Source: a virus. Taken from it: 64,000 bases of DNA. Below, piece by piece: positions 1 to 9,556 of the stretch (its first letter is position 1; every line of letters begins with the position of its first letter). Location: the IMG/VR virus record IMGVR_UViG_3300045988_147571; one strand, written 5' to 3'. The position numbers and the translations under genes were made by a program. Below the pieces are notes generated by a model, which had not been told where the DNA came from, made no database searches, and saw nothing but the letters and a program-made list of their open reading frames with translations.

Positions 1-2127
1 ATTTACAATAAGGATCTGAACCGCTGCTAATAGAGCAGAACCACCAGAAATAATTGGAAATACCATACTTAAGATCAACAATGAAATGTTGATAGGCAAC
101 TGGAATTCAAGGAACATCATAATGTTATGCATAAATGTTCTACCAAGTTCCACTGCTTTTACTACACTTGCAAAGTTATTGTCTGTCAAAACAATATCTG
201 CTGCTTCTTTTGCTACATCAGATCCATCCTGCATTCCAAAGCCTACATCTGCTTTCTTTAATGCGGGAGCATCGTTCACACCGTCACCTGTCATTGCTAC
301 AGACATTCCAATTTCTTGTGCTAATGTTACAAGGCGAAGCTTCGTATTCGGTGAACATCTGGAAATTACCCTTAACTGTGGAATAATTTCTTTTACTTTT
401 ACATCTGACATTGCCTCAAACTCATCATTGGTAACTGCTAAGTCTCCGGGCTTATAAATGCCAGCTTCCATAGCAACAGCCTTAGCAGTCTCCATGCAAT
501 CGCCAGTAATTTCAATTACCTGAATTCCAGCTTTATGAGCAATTTTTACTGCTTCTGGAACTTCATTTCTAACCGGGTCAACAACTCCAATGACTCCAAG
601 GAAATTCATTTCATCAGGGAGGCCATCATCAGTTTTATCTGAGATAGTCAATGCAATACACCTCATTGCTTTCTCTGTTAATCCCTTAATATGGCTCTTT
701 AAAGCTTTTCGTTTCTCTTCTGTCAGCTCAACTACATTGCCATCATTATCAAGATAAGATTTGCATTTCTCAATTAATTTCTCCGGCGCACCTTTATAGG
801 CAGTAAAATCATTTGCTCCATTATTTAAAGTAACTGCAGAAAATTTATTTTCACTGCTAAATGGAACACGCTTCTTCATAGCAACTTTGTTTTGAATTGT
901 CAGTGCGTTTTCAGGAGAAAGCATATCAAGTACTGCTCGATCAATTGAGTTACCGCCAGTGATATTCCCATTAGAGTCAAACACTGCACTATTGTTCATG
1001 CAAATATTCAAATTGATTAACTCGTTGAGTGAACTTTCCTTATTAAAAATATCCTGACAATTACCGTTAATCATAACTGTAGAAGTCATTTCACCTGTTG
1101 TGAGAGTTCCTGTCTTATCTGTGCAAATTAAATTAACATATGCTAATTCAGGGATTTTACCAGTATTCTTCGCAAGGATATTGAATTTTTCCATTGTTGA
1201 TACATTCTGTTTAGTGACAAGCTTTACAATGAGTGGTAAGCCTTCTGGTACAGCCGCAACAATAATTGTTAATGCATTTGAGATATTCTGTGCTACTTTC
1301 TGAATATTTTCAAGAATGTTTCCTGAGAAATACTGACTTAAACCACCAGCATTTAAGATACCTGTAATTGTCATAACTACAAATGCCAATACTGCCGCAA
1401 TTGTTCCCCATTTTGAAATGAAATCACATAAATGATCTAAAGCCATGTCGAGCGCTGTCTTAGGTGGCTCTAAAGTCTGCATTTTAACTAAAGTGTCACC
1501 ATTAACTGTATTAGTTCCAACATCTGTAACAATCATTTTCCCTTCACCAGACATAATAACTGTTCCTGCAAAGAGAGAACACTGATCCGTATATGCAGCA
1601 GTAGATGTTGTTTTAACATGTTTATAATTAGCACTAGGAATTTTTCTACATTCTTTTGTCTCTCCATTGATAGCGGCATTATTAACAGAAATTTCTCCTT
1701 CAACAATAAAACCATCTGCAAAAATCTCTTGTCCAGTTCTCAATAGAACTAAATCACCTACTACCAGATCATCTTTATTAATTGTCTGTATGCTTCCATC
1801 TCGGACAACATCACAATATCTAACTGCCGTTTTTGCTCTTAACTCTGCTGCAGATTTCTGTATGCCTAGACCTGTCTTAATAGCAATTTCAGTAACAATA
1901 GCTAAAACTACTATAATCATTATAGGTTCAGAAAGAGACATTACTCCCATAGCTCCTAAAACTAACTGGAATAAAGCAATTATTATTAGAATCATAGTAA
2001 TTGGTTCAGTTAATGCTTCCTTAGCAAAATGATACCATTTTTTCAATTCAGGTTCCGGAAGTTTATTACTTCCATATGTAGTCCTACTAACCTCTACTTC
2101 GCTACTTTTTAATCCATTAAAATTCAT
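1..2127 (-). CDS. P-type cation-transporting ATPase (P2/Ca2+-type), C-terminal end cut by window edge
   Basis: Minus-strand frame is open from ATG (rc) at 2125-2127 to nt 1, so it is absent from the ORF track. My translation contains ICTDKTGTLT (rc of ~1100-1130), AAVPEGLPL (rc of ~1231-1257) and MTGDGVNDAPALKKADVGF (rc of ~240-300). The plus-strand ORFs 86-457, 135-386, 1100-1303 and 1667-2032 are antisense shadows. Confidence 0.93.
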   Translation of the reverse strand, partial: MNFNGLKSSEVEVSRTTYGSNKLPEPELKKWYHFAKEALTEPITMILIIIALFQLVLGAMGVMSLSEPIMIIVVLAIVTEIAIKTGLGIQKSAAELRAKTAVRYCDVVRDGSIQTINKDDLVVGDLVLLRTGQEIFADGFIVEGEISVNNAAINGETKECRKIPSANYKHVKTTSTAAYTDQCSLFAGTVIMSGEGKMIVTDVGTNTVNGDTLVKMQTLEPPKTALDMALDHLCDFISKWGTIAAVLAFVVMTITGILNAGGLSQYFSGNILENIQKVAQNISNALTIIVAAVPEGLPLIVKLVTKQNVSTMEKFNILAKNTGKIPELAYVNLICTDKTGTLTTGEMTSTVMINGNCQDIFNKESSLNELINLNICMNNSAVFDSNGNITGGNSIDRAVLDMLSPENALTIQNKVAMKKRVPFSSENKFSAVTLNNGANDFTAYKGAPEKLIEKCKSYLDNDGNVVELTEEKRKALKSHIKGLTEKAMRCIALTISDKTDDGLPDEMNFLGVIGVVDPVRNEVPEAVKIAHKAGIQVIEITGDCMETAKAVAMEAGIYKPGDLAVTNDEFEAMSDVKVKEIIPQLRVISRCSPNTKLRLVTLAQEIGMSVAMTGDGVNDAPALKKADVGFGMQDGSDVAKEAADIVLTDNNFASVVKAVELGRTFMHNIMMFLEFQLPINISLLILSMVFPIISGGSALLAAVQILIVN

Positions 2128-2129
2128 TC

Positions 2130-3164
2130 TTAAATCTCTCCTAATACAATTCTTTCATTGACAGACATTACAAATTCTTCTATAGCTTTATAATTTGGTT
2201 TATCAGGCAATGAGGTATTCTTTGAATCATACTCAAGTCTTTTCTCTAACTCGTTTACCATTTCAAAAAATTCTGGGATAGGCTGACTGTTTGCATCCAA
2301 ATATTCACCATTACGTAGAGCCATAAGAAGCTCATGATCATCTTCTCTATATGTAATAATTTTGCCTTTTTCAAGGATATCAAAGCACATAAGATACAAT
2401 CTCACTAAATGGCACATATGCTTTCCTAACTTGTTATGTTCTATGGCATGCTTATTTCTCTTCCCAATTTTGGAATAATCCCTAACAATGTTTTTCATTT
2501 CGGCCCACATCCCCTGATAATCATTCAAAGGATAGTGCTTCAACTGGATATCCATAAATACTTCTGTTTCATAATCTTCCTGACTACCTTTATCTACATA
2601 AAGCTTTATTGCATCTTCTGGAAAATTGAAATACTTTTCAGGGAAAGTATAAAAAGCATTCATAATACTATTAAGAACATGCTGCATTCTTTCTTCTTGC
2701 CCTAGCTTTCTAGCAGCTTTATTATCGAGCCTTCTTGATTGGTTTGTAGCATAGCCTCCAAAAGAATAGATCGCTTTCTTAGATAAAAACATTTCAGCAT
2801 TATCAAGAAGTTCTTGACCAATTGGATGAATATAAAGATAATGTTCTGGTTTCAATCCTATCAGCTCAATTGTGTTTGGGTTGCAGTTTGACAATAGAGT
2901 TATCAATTTATTAAAAGAATAGATTGTTGTATCTGTTGTCTCTTCCGTTACTTGCTCAAAATTGTGTGTAGAGATTAAAATTTCTTCTTTTTTATTTAAA
3001 GCACAACCTCTAATATCCAAATCAGAGTTTTCTGTATCTGTACCATAGGCATGAGACCCACCTAAACCTAATAGAATTATGTTACTCCCCAGGTGCTCAT
3101 TCACTCTTAAGAAATCATAGTGTTTACTTTTCAATAACTTTTTGATTTTCTCTATTTTCATCAA
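2130..3164 (-). CDS. pol-beta-fold nucleotidyltransferase (RNA-ligase-associated RlaP-like, from memory)
   Basis: 344-aa ORF. GLGGSHAYGTDTENSDLDIRG matches the G-S ... D-x-D minimal nucleotidyltransferase signature. Confidence 0.7.
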   Translation of the reverse strand: MMKIEKIKKLLKSKHYDFLRVNEHLGSNIILLGLGGSHAYGTDTENSDLDIRGCALNKKEEILISTHNFEQVTEETTDTTIYSFNKLITLLSNCNPNTIELIGLKPEHYLYIHPIGQELLDNAEMFLSKKAIYSFGGYATNQSRRLDNKAARKLGQEERMQHVLNSIMNAFYTFPEKYFNFPEDAIKLYVDKGSQEDYETEVFMDIQLKHYPLNDYQGMWAEMKNIVRDYSKIGKRNKHAIEHNKLGKHMCHLVRLYLMCFDILEKGKIITYREDDHELLMALRNGEYLDANSQPIPEFFEMVNELEKRLEYDSKNTSLPDKPNYKAIEEFVMSVNERIVLGEI

Positions 3165-3642
3165 TTTCTCCTGTTGAATAATAATAATTTACTATATCGT
3201 CTAAGTTCCTTATCTCTTTTTCTAACTCTGCACACTTTTTCTTGCTATCACATGCCCATAACTGTTTTCGTAGCTTCGTTGCAACCTCAGATACCTTTTC
3301 TGCTTCTTCTGTTTTATCAATGGTTTCTATGACATCAACTTCAATTGGTTCTCCGCAAAATGGACAGAATTTAAGAGGGTAATAATAGTCTTCAGGCCAT
3401 GTATCTTCCCAGTCTTGAACTTCTTCGCTTACATAAAAGAAAATTCCAAAAGTTTCATCAGTTTTATAGTCACAACCATGGCATTCTATAGTTTCACAAG
3501 TTCTACATAAATAGTTATCAGGATATTCATTAGAAATAACTATCCTAGGATTCTCTTCCAATGCTTTGCAACAGAATTTAGGTTTATAATATTTATAAGA
3601 TGTGTTTCCATCTACAATTATTTCCTTTGCTTTTATTTCCAT
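3124..3642 (-). CDS. hypothetical Cys-rich protein (zinc-ribbon-like)
   Basis: 172-aa ORF with CRTCETIECHGC and CPFCG clusters. Overlaps the downstream gene by 41 nt. Confidence 0.6.
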   Translation of the reverse strand: MEIKAKEIIVDGNTSYKYYKPKFCCKALEENPRIVISNEYPDNYLCRTCETIECHGCDYKTDETFGIFFYVSEEVQDWEDTWPEDYYYPLKFCPFCGEPIEVDVIETIDKTEEAEKVSEVATKLRKQLWACDSKKKCAELEKEIRNLDDIVNYYYSTGEIDENRENQKVIEK

Positions 3643-3651
3643 GTTTACACC

Positions 3652-4035
3652 TCAGATAATCTGTAAGTTGTTATCACCAATAAGCCATGCAGAATCTAAA
3701 ATAAAATTTTCATATGAGTCACCGTTTTCACTCCAGAATTCATCTGATCCAACAGTCCAATCACCCAATGTTCCATCATTAAAACTATTATATAAATAAT
3801 CTGCTACATCTTCTAAAAACGCATCTACAGCCTTATCATAATCTCCTTTTCTTATTGACTCTTCTACATCCGGCTCAAGATCAATCCATTTATGCTGTTC
3901 AATCAAAAAAGATTTAGCGTTGTCTTTTACTTTCAGCAGTGAGTTTTTAATGTCTGTCAATGTTGCATCTTTCTTTTTTGCAATAATATAACTTGAAGAC
4001 GAACTATTAGTGACAAATCCTCTTCTTATTTTCAT
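3652..4035 (-). CDS. GFVTNSSSSS-motif family protein, copy 1
   Basis: N-terminus MKIRRGFVTNSSSSSYII. Paralogous N-terminus shared with 4035-4430, 26825-27592, 28410-28868 and 28865-29137. Confidence 0.7.
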   Translation of the reverse strand: MKIRRGFVTNSSSSSYIIAKKKDATLTDIKNSLLKVKDNAKSFLIEQHKWIDLEPDVEESIRKGDYDKAVDAFLEDVADYLYNSFNDGTLGDWTVGSDEFWSENGDSYENFILDSAWLIGDNNLQII

Positions 4036-4430
4036 TAACCATCTCTCCCTTCTCCTTCGGCAACTTTTATATCAGCAAATCCATTTACTTTCGTAATAGC
4101 ATTTATCGCTTCACTCATAGAGAAATCATAATCATATATAGCATCACCCCATTCATCATAATAGGCATCATTACGGTCCTCAATTACGATATATTCTCCA
4201 TCAGGGTGCTTTTCTAAAATGTCATCAACCCCATAAATGACCGCTCCGCACCAACTAGCACCAAGCTCACCGGACCAGTTTCTTTCATCATTCACACCAG
4301 TAACATCTAATACATCAAGATTGAACTGATCAATTATCTTCTGAGCTTTTTCTTTGTCAGCAATTCTTGCAAAGCAGATAATAAAACTACTAGAACTTGA
4401 ATTGGTAACAAATCCTTTTCGTATTTTCAT
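4035..4430 (-). CDS. GFVTNSSSSS-motif family protein, copy 2
   Basis: N-terminus MKIRKGFVTNSSSSSFII. TAATG stop/start overlap with copy 1. Confidence 0.7.
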   Translation of the reverse strand: MKIRKGFVTNSSSSSFIICFARIADKEKAQKIIDQFNLDVLDVTGVNDERNWSGELGASWCGAVIYGVDDILEKHPDGEYIVIEDRNDAYYDEWGDAIYDYDFSMSEAINAITKVNGFADIKVAEGEGRDG

Positions 4431-4442
4431 ATACCCTCCTTC

Positions 4443-4631
4443 CTAGTGGCTTTCGCCACTAGACTTCTTATTCCACTTAGGTTTATCGATTTTCATTTTA
4501 TTTACATGTTTAGAAAAAGCAAGTGACTTCTTAGACTGCTTCATCCCATGTTTAACCATTCTAGTATGTTTTTTCCCGTTTTTGTCTACTTTTGTCTCAT
4601 ACTCTTTGTTCCAGGAATTCTTTGATCTCAT
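4443..4631 (-). CDS. small Lys-rich basic protein
   Basis: 62-aa ORF, very basic (many K/H), packed tightly between its neighbours. Confidence 0.45.
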   Translation of the reverse strand: MRSKNSWNKEYETKVDKNGKKHTRMVKHGMKQSKKSLAFSKHVNKMKIDKPKWNKKSSGESH

Positions 4632-4632
4632 A

Positions 4633-5778
4633 TTACATGTCCTCCATTGAATAAATCACTTTTTCTAAGCTTCTTTTTGATTTGAAACACTTCTTAAGTA
4701 AACACCACATAATTGCTTTTTCAGTGTCATCTTCATCTTCCCACTCATTTAAAACCACAGAAGTCTGTGTCCCATCTTTGAATCCTACAGTAGTTCTAAT
4801 TTTCCCTGTAGCAATATCTTTTGTTCTTCCTACAAATGAAACATCTTCTTTTGACAGGGTTTTATAAACCTGTTTATCAAATTCATCTTTAGGTGCAATA
4901 TATACATCAACACCTAAACCGTCTTTAATCTGACGTTCACAGCTTCTAAGCTCTTTATATAATGTGTGTCTACGATTGATAGTTTCTTGAGCTTTCTCTA
5001 AGGCTATAGCGATATCTTCTGGTGAGCAACATGTCATATAGTTATCCTCCTTGTAATTGAAATATGGCATTGGTTTCATTTTAAACTTATTTTTTGTATG
5101 TAAACGATCAATCCGTCTTTTAATTTCCGGATCATCGCAAATACCTGTACGAATATATCTATCTAATACTGCATAGGTAAATCCGAAGTTATCTTCATCT
5201 GATTTACCGCATAACCCATCTGATGGTGTTTTCTCTACATATTTTTTAGGCAGTCCTAAGTAATAACCAATTCTTTTTACTTCACTCTTTGTGAACTGTG
5301 CCAATGGAGCAAAGTCTCCTGCCGAGTCCCCATATCTGGTGGCGTATCCGATGTAATCCTCACTAAGGTTACAAGTATTAACTACTCTTCCATTATGTGA
5401 CTGTGATACTCCATACAGAGTGGCCATTCTTAGTCTAGGAGCGAGATTAATTAATGTCTGATCTGTTACATTAAATGCAGCATCAATTTGATCAATAATA
5501 TCATCATAAGCTGATCCAATATTAATAGTAAGATAATCAATGTTTAATACATGCTGGCAAATATCATAAGCCACACAAATATCATCCTGTTTATAATTTG
5601 GCATAATTACTCCAAGAACTTTGTCAGCTCCAACAGCTTCCACACATAACTTAGCAGCTACTAAAGAATCAACGCCACCGGAAATACCTACTATGAGATT
5701 ACATCCAGGACCATTCTCTTCTCTCCAATCTCTAATCCACTGAATACAATCATTTGTTGCTTTTTCTACATTAAACAT
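4633..5778 (-). CDS. nadE: NH3-dependent NAD+ synthetase with ~130-aa C-terminal extension
   Basis: GISGGVDSLVAAKL PP-loop (SGGxDS). Also YGDSAGDFAPL and EKTPSDGL motifs typical of NadE. At 381 aa it is longer than the ~270 aa usual for NadE. Confidence 0.85.
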   Translation of the reverse strand: MFNVEKATNDCIQWIRDWREENGPGCNLIVGISGGVDSLVAAKLCVEAVGADKVLGVIMPNYKQDDICVAYDICQHVLNIDYLTINIGSAYDDIIDQIDAAFNVTDQTLINLAPRLRMATLYGVSQSHNGRVVNTCNLSEDYIGYATRYGDSAGDFAPLAQFTKSEVKRIGYYLGLPKKYVEKTPSDGLCGKSDEDNFGFTYAVLDRYIRTGICDDPEIKRRIDRLHTKNKFKMKPMPYFNYKEDNYMTCCSPEDIAIALEKAQETINRRHTLYKELRSCERQIKDGLGVDVYIAPKDEFDKQVYKTLSKEDVSFVGRTKDIATGKIRTTVGFKDGTQTSVVLNEWEDEDDTEKAIMWCLLKKCFKSKRSLEKVIYSMEDM

Positions 5779-6271
5779 TCTGCTCCTCCAATTTCCACAG
5801 TTCTACTTTAAAACTACTTAATTCTTCTTCTATAATCTTATAAACCACTTCCCAGTCTGCTCCTCCTCTTCCGCAGCCTATTTTGTATGGGAGTGCAATG
5901 GTTGTCTTGTAAGGCCTGTTATCAGCATCAAACCAATAAACAGGTATTTGTTGTCGAATAAAATTTAATCCTTCTCGAAAAGCTTTAACATCAGTATATT
6001 GTTTCCCATCATATCCATACATGTCTTGTGCAAATAAGGATAATATTCCTTGATTTTTCCTTCTGATAAAGTACTCGTCATATGTTCCAAGAAGTAATTC
6101 TGGATTAAACTCACGTAATTTACAGACGTTTCTATAATGTATATAAATACCTTCGTCATAATCTCTTAATGCTTTAGCAACTCCAGTATTCATTTCTCCT
6201 TGGCAATTAACTTGATGAATTATATAGTCGGTCTGTGCATCTACAATGTTACCTTCAATAATTTTAATCAT
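5771..6271 (-). CDS. macro domain protein (ADP-ribose binding/hydrolase family)
   Basis: MIKIIEGNIVDAQTDYIIHQVNCQGEMNTGVAKAL resembles the macro-domain N-terminus (GDIT..DAIVN.AN....GGV..AI). I prefer the internal ATG at 6269-6271 because upstream codons would overlap gene 6282-6689. Its 3' end overlaps the nadE start by 8 nt. Confidence 0.75.
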   Translation of the reverse strand: MIKIIEGNIVDAQTDYIIHQVNCQGEMNTGVAKALRDYDEGIYIHYRNVCKLREFNPELLLGTYDEYFIRRKNQGILSLFAQDMYGYDGKQYTDVKAFREGLNFIRQQIPVYWFDADNRPYKTTIALPYKIGCGRGGADWEVVYKIIEEELSSFKVELWKLEEQNV

Positions 6272-6281
6272 AAATCTTTTC

Positions 6282-6689
6282 CTATAAATCCTGAAATGTA
6301 AACTTCTCGCCACAGGAGCAAATCACTTCTCCAATAGTTCCTATTGATGTTGGTGTAAAGCACCATGTAAGAGAACCGCCTATGCAACCATGTCCCATTG
6401 CTCTCTGTTTAGAAGTTTTCAGACCATGTTTCTCAGCATCATGTTTTAATTCCCACTCTGTGATTTTCTCTTGTTCTTTTTCTGAAATTGGAAATCCTCT
6501 ATATAAATCATCTTTTGCTTTTTTCAGTTCTGCTTCCATTCTCTGCATTTCTGAGTCTTTATAATGCTCATCTTTGAGCTTCTTGTTTTCTTCTCCTAAG
6601 TATTTAATTCGTTTTTCATAAGTATCTACTTTATCAATAATCCCCTGACAAAGATCTGAAACTGAATCCGTAAAATATGTTTTTCCCAT
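6282..6689 (-). CDS. hypothetical protein (coiled-coil N-half, Cys/His-rich C-half)
   Basis: 135-aa ORF. No motif recognised. Confidence 0.55.
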   Translation of the reverse strand: MGKTYFTDSVSDLCQGIIDKVDTYEKRIKYLGEENKKLKDEHYKDSEMQRMEAELKKAKDDLYRGFPISEKEQEKITEWELKHDAEKHGLKTSKQRAMGHGCIGGSLTWCFTPTSIGTIGEVICSCGEKFTFQDL

Positions 6690-6696
6690 TTTCGTT

Positions 6697-8154
6697 TCAC
6701 CTATTTAACCTTTCTCTAATGTCCTCAAATGTTTCTTTATTACAAACTTTCCCATCTACAAATACAGTTCTTAATGCTCCGTCACGAAATACATCATTAT
6801 ATCCATCTTTACACTGTAATTCTCCATTATCATCGTAATATATACGACAACACCCCTTATGAGATTTTTTCAAATGGCTCGTATCGGTTTTTGGATCTTT
6901 ATAAATCATAATTGGCTCGCCATTAACAATTCCATATGTAGCTTTCATAGCAATACCAAACATATCCCTAGTCACAACAACCATATATCCATCAGACTCT
7001 ACAACTGCTGAGAAGCAAAATGCTCCGACTCCGAATACGATATTGTTTGCAGCAAATCCTTTTCCTTTAAGTTCTTCCCATACCTGTTCTACATTATTAA
7101 GAGTACATCCATCTCCATAGATAATTCCAATGTGCGGGTCAAGCACTTTATATCCCTTGCTATTTACTGTTCCGCCAAATGTATTCCAAAGCTTTTCAAT
7201 TGTCTGTACAGCAATTTCTACCATATCTCCGGAATCTGGACGGACCAGAAGTTTGCCATTATGCTGCATGATTTCTTTTTTACAAGCTGGAAGAATATTA
7301 TTAATCATATTCCAGTAATCGTAAGTGTCAGACACCATACTAAAAGATGCATTAGGATATAGTTCTGTAAGCAATCTCTTTACAAATGTAATTTCATCAC
7401 CGTCTACTGCATAATTTGAAGCCATGCAGCTATGCTCTGTTGATACAGCACCAATTCCAATCTTTTCAGTCCAGCAACAAGCATCATAATATGTATCTAT
7501 ATAATCAATAGCAGGAATTGTGCTTGTCTTATCAAATGATAATAACCAAGCAGATGAACATCTTACGGCCTCTTCCATACAAGACATTCCTCTCATACCA
7601 AAGTCTGAGCAGGCCATTTCAGGTCTTAAAAAGTCATCACAGGTCATTTTATAGTAGTCATTTGCAAGTTCTCTATACATATGACCAATTGTTGCATGAG
7701 CACATGGTTTCCAGAGTTCAACCTGCAGGATACATTCGATCCACTGTACTACCCAAGCAAAATCTGGATGTGTGTTTGTAATTTCGATACATGGGATACC
7801 CATTGGTACTAATGTTCCCTCCGGGATAGCACGTATCTGAATTGGAAGATAACCTAATTTATGAAGTTTCATAATAGGCCCTAGGTCATAACTGTTTCCT
7901 AACTGTATATCCATACTGTATTTATATGTATGTTCAACTTCTGCTGCTGTTAATTCAAAAAAGTTTTTATTAAAATAATCAATTAGATATTCTTCAATAA
8001 ATGCCTGTAGACCAAAGAATACCATTTTGTTCTGATTCTTAAGCATTGATCTTCGTGGGGTCCAGTAAGATACTAATTTCGTCAGTCCTTTCGGATAGAT
8101 TTTATTATGGATCTGTTTATATGTGTCTGAGAGCAAAATTGCCATTGTATTCAT
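6697..8154 (-). CDS. nicotinamide phosphoribosyltransferase-like enzyme (NadV/NAMPT family; candidate Namat of NARP1)
   Basis: 485 aa. N-terminal LLSDTYKQIHNKIYPKG parallels the NAMPT TDSYK..H motif. Length and overall pattern are typical of type II PRTases. Confidence 0.85.
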   Translation of the reverse strand: MNTMAILLSDTYKQIHNKIYPKGLTKLVSYWTPRRSMLKNQNKMVFFGLQAFIEEYLIDYFNKNFFELTAAEVEHTYKYSMDIQLGNSYDLGPIMKLHKLGYLPIQIRAIPEGTLVPMGIPCIEITNTHPDFAWVVQWIECILQVELWKPCAHATIGHMYRELANDYYKMTCDDFLRPEMACSDFGMRGMSCMEEAVRCSSAWLLSFDKTSTIPAIDYIDTYYDACCWTEKIGIGAVSTEHSCMASNYAVDGDEITFVKRLLTELYPNASFSMVSDTYDYWNMINNILPACKKEIMQHNGKLLVRPDSGDMVEIAVQTIEKLWNTFGGTVNSKGYKVLDPHIGIIYGDGCTLNNVEQVWEELKGKGFAANNIVFGVGAFCFSAVVESDGYMVVVTRDMFGIAMKATYGIVNGEPIMIYKDPKTDTSHLKKSHKGCCRIYYDDNGELQCKDGYNDVFRDGALRTVFVDGKVCNKETFEDIRERLNR

Positions 8155-8522
8155 TATTTTTTATTCTCCTCTTTGTCGTTTACAACTTTGTCAATCTGGT
8201 CAGTAATGTAATCCACTACATCTTTTCCAGTTTTGCCAATTGTTTGAATATTATCTGGTGTGATTTCATTTACAACTGCCATCGTATATATTGTTTCTGT
8301 ATTAGGTGTCATGATTGTAATGATAGTCATTACAACACATCCGATAATTAATTTGCTAATAGTTTTTCTAAACTTAAATGGTTCGTTATATCCGGCTAAT
8401 CCGGCAAAGAAAGCACATATAGCAATAGATCCACATATTCCTGCGATCACTCCAAAAAATGTCGTTAAATTATCTGCTCTACTAGCGAAATAAATCAACC
8501 AAGGACTAATAATCGGTTTCAT
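8154..8522 (-). CDS. small membrane protein
   Basis: 122 aa with hydrophobic spans (FFGVIAGICGSIAICAFFAGLAG, LIIGCVVMTIITIM). Stop/start abuts the NAMPT-like gene at 8154. Confidence 0.6.
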   Translation of the reverse strand: MKPIISPWLIYFASRADNLTTFFGVIAGICGSIAICAFFAGLAGYNEPFKFRKTISKLIIGCVVMTIITIMTPNTETIYTMAVVNEITPDNIQTIGKTGKDVVDYITDQIDKVVNDKEENKK

Positions 8523-8535
8523 ATTTTTATCTCCC

Positions 8536-8925
8536 TTATAACTTTCCTATCAAACAACTCCAAGTAAAAGCAATCTGAAACATATGAGTTATCTGATCTT
8601 GAATTAGATTAATTTTCTTTTTATTGGCTTTCATATCATCTACTAACATATGTATCAATAAATTCATAACCAATAATAAAGGATTCCATTTACCGCCAAT
8701 AATCATAAGCGCAATTGTTGGTGGTAACATAATCATAAATGACCAACTAAAGCTATGCATAAACAACGCTGCTAAATAATCATATTTATATAATTTTCCT
8801 GGTGAATTCTTTTCCCACCATGATTTTTGTTTTGCAGATGCCAACCATCCTTGTAAATAATAATCGTCTACAATGTGGCAGAAAATCATTGTAAATAAGA
8901 TAAATATTTTATATCCAATATTCAT
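8536..8925 (-). CDS. membrane protein (DUF3307-like, from memory)
   Basis: 129 aa and multi-span hydrophobic. HIVDDYYLQ resembles the H..DF.LQ motif of DUF3307. Confidence 0.5.
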   Translation of the reverse strand: MNIGYKIFILFTMIFCHIVDDYYLQGWLASAKQKSWWEKNSPGKLYKYDYLAALFMHSFSWSFMIMLPPTIALMIIGGKWNPLLLVMNLLIHMLVDDMKANKKKINLIQDQITHMFQIAFTWSCLIGKL

Positions 8926-8958
8926 ATTTCACCTCCATGAAATCGAGAATTTATCGGA

Positions 8959-9141
8959 TTAAACTACATCATCTACTTCCAGGTCTGTTGTTTCGATAGC
9001 AATTTTAATAGTTGGCTTGTCTATTGCTTCACTGTTTGTTATTCTACTATACGATACAGTAATAAGATCTGATTCAGTATTAAATCTTTCAGCTACAACA
9101 CTTACAATATCTTTCTCATTTAATTCGTAAATTGTTTTCAT
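8959..9141 (-). CDS. hypothetical protein
   Basis: 60-aa ORF on the coding strand. Confidence 0.45.
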   Translation of the reverse strand: MKTIYELNEKDIVSVVAERFNTESDLITVSYSRITNSEAIDKPTIKIAIETTDLEVDDVV

Positions 9142-9241
9142 TTTTTATGTTCTCCTTTTATAATCATATCTCCAAGCTACAATATCTATATCGCTGCGCC
9201 ATTCGTCACATGAGTTAGGTTCTTCTATAAGTAACATAACT

Positions 9242-9541
9242 TTACTCATTATTATTTTCTCCTGTAATTTCTCTCAAACAATCATTCCAACCGATATCAT
9301 AACTTGGTGACTTTCCATTTCTTTCAAAGTGAAAACAACCCAACTTCTCTGGCAAGGGCTTCAGCAGGCGCAGTAGGCACCATCCTGGCCTCTCTTTAAG
9401 CTCTTTGATTTCATGTCTATTCAGCCTGCAATGCGATGTGGCATACTTTTTATTTATGCCTTCACCGATGTATTCACTTTCGCAAAACTGACAGCCGGCA
9501 CATATTCTTGGCTCGTTTATTAGTAATACTAATTTATTCAT
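9242..9541 (-). CDS. Cys-rich small protein (CxxC...RPxWC family)
   Basis: CAGCQFCE ... HCRL ... ERPGWCLL. Same pattern as 36370-36621 (CGKCKF ... WCRA ... IPNWCPL). Confidence 0.55.
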   Translation of the reverse strand: MNKLVLLINEPRICAGCQFCESEYIGEGINKKYATSHCRLNRHEIKELKERPGWCLLRLLKPLPEKLGCFHFERNGKSPSYDIGWNDCLREITGENNNE

Positions 9542-9556
9542 TTTCTCCTACTTCTT

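Noticed and set aside
86-2032. Plus-strand track ORFs 86-457, 135-386, 1100-1303 and 1667-2032
   Set aside because: They lie antisense to an uninterrupted minus-strand frame that encodes all P-type ATPase signature motifs. They are shadow ORFs.
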